The translations under genes were made by a program, and so were the position numbers. From positions 2,633 to 66,632 of the forward strand of contig JAHEYB010000008.1 in the NCBI GenBank assembly GCA_023251805.1: a stretch of DNA of 64,000 nucleotides. Direction: 5' to 3'. Of this stretch, positions 58,874 through 64,000 are shown one piece after another; position 1 is the stretch's first letter, and each line of letters begins with the position of its first letter. The stretch comes from Bacteroidota bacterium. Lineage in GTDB: Bacteria > Bacteroidota > Bacteroidia > 2-12-FULL-35-15. The notes under the pieces were generated by a model. That model saw only the letters and a program-made list of their open reading frames with translations, was not told the DNA's origin and did not search any database.

Positions 58874-59029
58874 TTGGTTGTTAGTTATTGGTTATTCGTT
58901 GTTAGGCTGATAGTTTGTAAAAATTGAAATTATTAACTTATTCATAACTCCAGAATTTGTAACGATTCCACTATACTTAAATGAAAAATATTCTTTTCCA
59001 ACAACAAACAACTAGTAACTAACAACTAA
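58874..59029. repeat. imperfect ~31-bp inverted repeat (ttgttagtt words) flanking a 94-bp AT-rich spacer
   Basis: Left arm ttggttgttagttattggttattcgttgtta. The right arm's reverse complement is ttagttgttagttactagttgtttgttgttgg. About 80% of positions match. Confidence 0.55.
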
Positions 59030-59030
59030 G

Positions 59031-60116
59031 GTGCAACGCAAAATAATCCATATCGACATGGATGCCTTCTACGCATCTGTTGAACAACGCGATTTTCCAG
59101 AATATCGAGGGAAACCAATTGTTGTTGGTGGAAAACCTGAAGGCCGTGGTGGTGTGGTTGCGACAGCTAGTTACGAAGCACGTAAATTCGGAATTCGCTC
59201 TGCTATGCCTTCTAAAAAAGCATTACAACTTTGTCCTGATGCAATTTTTGTTTACCCCCGATTTGCTGCTTACAAAGAAGCATCACAAAAAATCAGAGAA
59301 ATATTTGAGCGTTATACTGATTTGATAGAGCCATTATCATTGGATGAAGCATTTTTGGATGTAACCGAAAATAAAAAAGGAATTACTTCAGCGATAGAAA
59401 TTGCGAAACAAATAAAAAATGCCATTCAGGAAGAAGTTAATCTAACAGCATCTGCAGGAGTTTCCAGCAGCAAGTTTGTTGCGAAGATTGCTTCCGATAT
59501 GAACAAACCAAATGGCTTGACATTTATTTCTCCAGAAAAAATTGAAGAGTTTATGGAAAAACTTCCTGTGGAGAAATTTTTTGGAGTAGGAAAAGTAACT
59601 GCCGACAAAATGAAAGGAATGGGCATTCACAAAGGCATTGATTTAAAAAGAATGACCGAAGCAGATTTGATTCATTACTTTGGAAAAGTAGGTCGTTTTT
59701 ATTACAAAATTGTTAGAGGTATTGATAACAGAGAAGTTCAGCCACACCGAGAAAGCAAATCATCGGGAGCAGAAGATACTTTTGCAGAAGATTTAACTAC
59801 CATTGAAGAAATGAATGCTGAGCTAGACAATATTGCAGAGATTGTGGTGAAGCGTTTACAGAAGTACGATTTAAAAGGAAGAACCATCACACTCAAAATA
59901 AAGTATCACAACTTTCAGCAGATTACTCGCAACCATTCATTCAACTATCTTTTGAATGATTTGGAAACAATTTCTAGAACTGCGAAAGAGTTACTTGCGA
60001 AAACGGATTTAGAAAATAAAAAAGTAAGATTGTTGGGAATTTCACTTTCTAATTTTAATGATGCTGTTGTTCCGACTAAAAAAGTGAAGAATAAATTGCA
60101 GTTGGAGTTATTTTAA
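59031..60116 (+). CDS. dinB: DNA polymerase IV
   Basis: GTG start. KIIHIDMDAFYASVEQ ... SLDEAFLDVT are Y-family polymerase motifs. Confidence 0.93.
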   Translation: MQRKIIHIDMDAFYASVEQRDFPEYRGKPIVVGGKPEGRGGVVATASYEARKFGIRSAMPSKKALQLCPDAIFVYPRFAAYKEASQKIREIFERYTDLIEPLSLDEAFLDVTENKKGITSAIEIAKQIKNAIQEEVNLTASAGVSSSKFVAKIASDMNKPNGLTFISPEKIEEFMEKLPVEKFFGVGKVTADKMKGMGIHKGIDLKRMTEADLIHYFGKVGRFYYKIVRGIDNREVQPHRESKSSGAEDTFAEDLTTIEEMNAELDNIAEIVVKRLQKYDLKGRTITLKIKYHNFQQITRNHSFNYLLNDLETISRTAKELLAKTDLENKKVRLLGISLSNFNDAVVPTKKVKNKLQLELF

Positions 60117-60478
60117 TCAATCCAAACTGTATACACATCCGTTTCATTTCTTACAATGGCATTCACTTCAAAGCCGCCTTCTTGTGGAATAATTTCTTTT
60201 AAATCAAAAACCACACATTCTTTACTCAAACCCTCAAAGATTAAGGTGAATTTTTGTCCGGGTGATTTGGGCGTCCATTGAGGATAAAATGTCACATTAA
60301 AAGCCGTTACCAATTTTGCTTCTTTTCCTGTGCCATGCTCAATCAAAAAGGTGCTAGGCCAAATCCGATAATAGGCTTCTTGCCCGCATACACAATGTAT
60401 GATGGTTTGCCCTTCTTCCGCCACCATGGTTTCGGTAGCGACTTCAGTTTCGGTTTGGGTTATTGGTTTGGTTGACAT
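60113..60478 (-). CDS. hypothetical protein (121 aa)
   Basis: Uninterrupted ORF with no motif I recognise. Its stop codon overlaps the dinB stop on the opposite strand. Confidence 0.5.
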   Translation of the reverse strand: MSTKPITQTETEVATETMVAEEGQTIIHCVCGQEAYYRIWPSTFLIEHGTGKEAKLVTAFNVTFYPQWTPKSPGQKFTLIFEGLSKECVVFDLKEIIPQEGGFEVNAIVRNETDVYTVWID

Positions 60479-60546
60479 AATGGAACGCGGATTAGGGTGA
60501 AAACAGGGATAAAAAGGGATTTTTATTTTAAAGATTTGTTACGGAG

Positions 60547-60618
60547 CGTCATTGCGAGGAACGAAGCAATCTCTTCGTAAAGCTAATCACAAAGATTGCT
60601 TCGTTCCTCGCAATGACG
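60547..60618. repeat. family-A palindromic repeat, copy 3: perfect 26-bp inverted repeat with a 20-nt loop
   Basis: cgtcattgcgaggaacgaagcaatct ... agattgcttcgttcctcgcaatgacg are exact reverse complements. Confidence 0.9.
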
Positions 60619-60627
60619 TTCTAAAAT

Positions 60628-61863
60628 TTATTTCAACAATGTATTCATCTCTCTTTTCCACACTTTATCTGCTTTATCAATTTTAATTTTATCGCAGCCT
60701 GTAAATGTAGCATATGCTTTTAATTTTTCTGCAAATAAATTGTTAAATGTTTTATCAGACTTAAATCCTTTTTCGAAATGCATGGATTTTATATAGAACA
60801 CCTTGGATGCTCTATCTGCCTTCGGGTCGAAACGGCCTACAAATTTATCTCGAAACAAAACGGGCAGACAAAAATATCCGAATTTACGTTTCGGCTCCGG
60901 AACATAGCATTCCATTTGATAATCAAAGTCGAAAAGAGAAACAACACGTTTGCGTTGAATCAATATATTGTCAAAAGGAGAAAGCAATTGAATTTTATTT
61001 TCCAATTTTACATTTTCGATTGATTTTAATTGTTCTGCTGTTGTTATGTATTTTGCTTTATCATTTCCACTCAGCTCAATTTCAAACAAAGCACCATCTT
61101 TTAGAAGCCGCTTCAAGCCTTTATTAACAGATTCTTTCAAACCTTTTCTTAAATAAGCAATCTCCTTCTCCTCGACTATTCCGTTTGCTTCAACAGCTTT
61201 TTTTATAAGGTATTCTGCAAATTCTTTTTCAGTTGGTAAACCTGTATTTACGGTTGGAGGCAATACTCTTTCAGCTAAATCGTATACCTTTTGAAAACCT
61301 TGTCGCTTTGCCACCATCAGCTTTCCTTCCATAAACAATTGCTCTAAAGCTTTTTTAGCGGGCTTCCATTCATACCAGTTTCCTGGATCTTTTCTTTTAC
61401 ATTCAAAGTCTTTTGATTGCAAGGGTCCTTCTGCTTTAATTCTATCGAGCACATATCTATTCATTTTTTTATCTTGTCCGAACCAATGCGATTTACCTTC
61501 AACATATCCTTTTTTTACAAACAATGAAAAGCGATAATCGCTCATCGGGAGATAAGAAGCAGCATGGCTCCAATATTCAAAAACGGATTTATCTTTTTCA
61601 AGCAATTCGTTTAAATAGTTTTCTTTATAATCGGGTAAACGGCTCCAAAGTGTGTGATGGTGGGCACGAGCAGCAACCGAAAGTGTATCAATCTGAACAT
61701 AGCCCAACTTTTCGATAGCAGAAAGGGTTCCCTCTTTCCCTTTTCCAAAATTGGGATTAACAAAACCTTGACTTTTCAGGATCAGGATTCTGGCTTGCTC
61801 AACAGATAATAGTGGATGCGTTTTCTTCAAAATATGCTGAATGGCTCGATTTATGAAGACCAA
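60628..61863 (-). CDS. YcaQ/AlkZ-like winged-helix (DUF1006) protein, putative interstrand-crosslink DNA glycosylase
   Basis: 411 aa. GYVQIDTLSV..RAHHHTLWSRL and EYWSHAAS resemble the conserved YcaQ N-terminal region. The start appears to be TTG. Confidence 0.65.
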   Translation of the reverse strand: MVFINRAIQHILKKTHPLLSVEQARILILKSQGFVNPNFGKGKEGTLSAIEKLGYVQIDTLSVAARAHHHTLWSRLPDYKENYLNELLEKDKSVFEYWSHAASYLPMSDYRFSLFVKKGYVEGKSHWFGQDKKMNRYVLDRIKAEGPLQSKDFECKRKDPGNWYEWKPAKKALEQLFMEGKLMVAKRQGFQKVYDLAERVLPPTVNTGLPTEKEFAEYLIKKAVEANGIVEEKEIAYLRKGLKESVNKGLKRLLKDGALFEIELSGNDKAKYITTAEQLKSIENVKLENKIQLLSPFDNILIQRKRVVSLFDFDYQMECYVPEPKRKFGYFCLPVLFRDKFVGRFDPKADRASKVFYIKSMHFEKGFKSDKTFNNLFAEKLKAYATFTGCDKIKIDKADKVWKREMNTLLK

Positions 61864-61878
61864 ATTAAGGTTTTTTAT

Positions 61879-61886
61879 TAAATTTG
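61879..61886 (+). promoter_or_regulatory. candidate -7 box (TAAATTTG) for the SPOR-domain gene
   Basis: Matches TAnnTTTG, 40 nt upstream of the ATG at 61927. Confidence 0.35.
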
Positions 61887-61926
61887 TCTAACTGACGGGA
61901 GGCAGGTTATTAAAGTTTTATTAATT

Positions 61927-62778
61927 ATGTCGAAGTATTATTTTCTTTTTCTTTCGTTTCTGTCTCTCGGGCTATCGGCTCAGGACATTAATGCAATACA
62001 AAAACTCCCGATGAACGCGCTTCCCGGAACTGATTTTGTTGTCGAAACAGTTATCAACAAAGGAAAGTCGAACGGCTTCATGAAGTTTTTTCAAGAAATA
62101 CCCGAAGGTTTAACAGCAACCGAAATAGAAAGCCAAACCGGTGCATTTACATTTGCAGATGGAGGAGCAAAAATTGTTTGGATAACGCCACCAACTGAGG
62201 AAACATTTACAATTAGTTACAAAGTAACAGTGAACGGAGGGGTTTCCGGATTAAAAGCATTGCCGGCAAAAATTTCATACGTTATTAATAACGAGCGTAA
62301 GACCTTTGATTTGCCTGCATTAAGCATTCAAATTGGAACCGCAAGTCCCCCTCTTAAAAAAGAAATTCCCAGTACTAATCCAACACCAAGTACTCCTGTT
62401 GCAAAAACAACACCTGTTACTACAGCACCTACAACCACTACTCCTGCTAAAACAACTACAACTCCTGAAATAAAAAAAGTGCTTCCTCCACCAACTCCAG
62501 CACAAGCAACGCCAAGCTTTTCAAAAGTACCAACAAGTGCTTTACCAGCATCCACGGGAAAAATGTATCGCGTACAAATTGGTGCTTTTTCTGCAAAACC
62601 AAAGATTGATGGCGTGCCGGAAGTAACAACACTTGTGTTGGACAATGGTATTACAAAATATTTTAGCGGAAATTATGTTACTTATGAAGAGGCGTTAAAG
62701 CGCAAAAAAGAAATGATAGACAAAGGTTTTCAGGGAGCTTTTATTGTGGCTTTTGAGAATGGGAAAATCGTAAAATAA
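61927..62778 (+). CDS. SPOR domain protein with a P/T-rich linker
   Basis: Signal peptide and a PT-rich tract. The C-terminal YRVQIGAFS......V.....G..KY..G.....EA......M...GF.GAFIVAF is a SPOR fold signature. Confidence 0.8.
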   Translation: MSKYYFLFLSFLSLGLSAQDINAIQKLPMNALPGTDFVVETVINKGKSNGFMKFFQEIPEGLTATEIESQTGAFTFADGGAKIVWITPPTEETFTISYKVTVNGGVSGLKALPAKISYVINNERKTFDLPALSIQIGTASPPLKKEIPSTNPTPSTPVAKTTPVTTAPTTTTPAKTTTTPEIKKVLPPPTPAQATPSFSKVPTSALPASTGKMYRVQIGAFSAKPKIDGVPEVTTLVLDNGITKYFSGNYVTYEEALKRKKEMIDKGFQGAFIVAFENGKIVK

Positions 62779-62855
62779 ATTCAAAAGAGCAAAAAGTTAA
62801 AAGTCAAAAGAAAAAACAAAAAAGACATAGACAAAAGGGAACGAAGACTATAAAT

Positions 62856-62889
62856 AAAAAAGCTAGACAAAATTTGTCTAGCTTTTTTT
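62856..62889. terminator. bidirectional Rho-independent terminator between convergent genes
   Basis: aaaaa-agctagac-aaaattt-gtctagct-tttttt. Confidence 0.8.
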
Positions 62890-62936
62890 ACACAATTTTC
62901 TGTTTTTGACTTTTGAATTTCCTCTCTTCTGACTTA

Positions 62937-64000
62937 TTAAAACCCTAGTTTCTTAGCAATCTCTTTCTTCACTCCATCTTTATGGAGCATGATGCTTGTT
63001 GTTTTGTATTTTACAAATGCTTCGGAAGCATAAAAGAATCCATCACAATCGTTTCCTTTAACTCCCCAAGAGTTTTTAACGATGTAATATTTGGTTCCAT
63101 TTTGATCTTTTACAATTCCTACAATGTGCATTCCGTGGTCATCTTGCGTTTCGTAATTATCAAACGCTTCCTGACGTATTTCTTGCGTAATATTTTTTTG
63201 TTTCCCCGGGCTCAAAACAACAGAATCGATACTTTCTTTTTTCATATCACCCCATTCTAAATCAGGAACAACCGCTACTCCATTTTTGAAAGAAAAACCT
63301 TTTTCAGAAACATCAGCTCCCCAAGCAATTGTATAGCCTGCCATTAAAGCGTTGTCCATCACTTCAATCATTTCATCCACTGGTAAGTTATATACTTGAG
63401 AAGAAGCCCAATTATCAGGCACTTCCAAAACAAATTTTGAATAGAATGGATGATGAGAAAAAGAAGAGATTTCAATGTAGTTGTTTGCATTTATTCCAAG
63501 CATATCTCTGAAAGAAACAGGAGTATACTGTTTTCCTTCATACGTAAATGATTTAGGAACAGTGCCTAAATATGCATCCAATGTGCCGTTAAATGCTTTT
63601 TTCCAAGCAACACCGGGCTTAGGTCTTTTGATAACGTTTTCAACCATTGATTTTGTTAAGGCATCCAATTCACCATGATTAATTTTTTTCTCACCATTTA
63701 CATCTTTTTCACCATTTTCAAAACCCGAGTAAACAACTTGAGGAACCAATCCTGAATCTTTCACTACCTGCATGACATCATGGAATGCCCCTCCTTCGCC
63801 AAAATTAACAGCACCATGCATACGAACATATTTATCTGCTTTCATATTATAGGCAGTATGTACGATGAACATTTCAGAAAGATTTACTTTAGGCTTTCCC
63901 ATCCGCAGTAACTCCGATTCAATAAAAGACAAAGAAGAGAATGTCCAGCAAGTTCCGGAAGAACCTTGATTTTGAACAGCAAGAGCATCTAAATTTTTAA
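62937..64000 (-). CDS. C1 family cysteine peptidase (aminopeptidase C / bleomycin hydrolase-like), 5' end outside window
   Basis: The frame stays open past the track's TTG start to the window edge, reading ...AVQNQGSSGTCWTFSSLSFIESE (catalytic Cys motif). His (HGMHIVG) and Asn (VKNSWG) lie downstream. Confidence 0.8.
   Translation of the reverse strand, partial: KNLDALAVQNQGSSGTCWTFSSLSFIESELLRMGKPKVNLSEMFIVHTAYNMKADKYVRMHGAVNFGEGGAFHDVMQVVKDSGLVPQVVYSGFENGEKDVNGEKKINHGELDALTKSMVENVIKRPKPGVAWKKAFNGTLDAYLGTVPKSFTYEGKQYTPVSFRDMLGINANNYIEISSFSHHPFYSKFVLEVPDNWASSQVYNLPVDEMIEVMDNALMAGYTIAWGADVSEKGFSFKNGVAVVPDLEWGDMKKESIDSVVLSPGKQKNITQEIRQEAFDNYETQDDHGMHIVGIVKDQNGTKYYIVKNSWGVKGNDCDGFFYASEAFVKYKTTSIMLHKDGVKKEIAKKLGF

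Noticed and set aside
62328-62645. 105-aa and 61-aa antisense ORFs opposite the SPOR gene linker
   Set aside because: They arise from the repetitive P/T-rich (acn/ccn) linker, which is open in several frames.
1-64000. tRNA, rRNA, tmRNA or other structured RNA genes, and prophage, defence or toxin-antitoxin modules
   Set aside because: Intergenic gaps are short and mostly explained by promoters, terminators or word repeats. There are no GGTTCGAATCC-type T-arm motifs outside coding frames. There are no nuclease, helicase, methylase, integrase or capsid-like ORFs.

Overview
This window looks like an AT-rich Bacteroidota chromosome segment (Flavobacteriia/Sphingobacteriia-like). Supporting signs are TAnnTTTG -7 promoter boxes, a T9SS C-terminal sorting domain, DUF1573, WG-repeat and Reg_prop/Y_Y_Y proteins, and LytTR two-component pairs. 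It is densely coding: I support about 55 protein genes, mostly housekeeping and cell-envelope functions. These include valS, dinB, icmF, mazG, apaG, acpH, mnmD, an aminotransferase, a cyclophilin, a cytochrome c peroxidase, NUDIX enzymes and at least eight peptidases. I found no rRNA, tRNA, CRISPR array, transposase, integrase, phage gene or recognisable defence system, so I cannot honestly name a clear novel system here. The best leads are listed below. (1) Two paralogous membrane SpoIIE/PP2C phosphatases, one fused to a 14-blade Reg_prop plus Y_Y_Y sensor, bracket a PA0069-type radical SAM gene. (2) A loose DNA-damage neighbourhood holds that radical SAM gene, dinB, an orphan 121-aa gene and a YcaQ-like glycosylase. 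(3) Several families of short GC-rich palindromic intergenic repeats stand out against the AT-rich background, including a perfect 26-bp hairpin and a composite two-family unit found in both orientations. (4) There are three tandem DUF1573 paralogues. (5) A GH3-like ligase is translationally coupled to a LysE exporter. (6) A lone LTA-synthase-like membrane module lacks its sulfatase domain. (7) A 1507-aa T9SS-sorted adhesin is present. Product calls rest on motifs read from the supplied translations. Motif-level coordinates were counted by hand and may be off by 1-2 nt.
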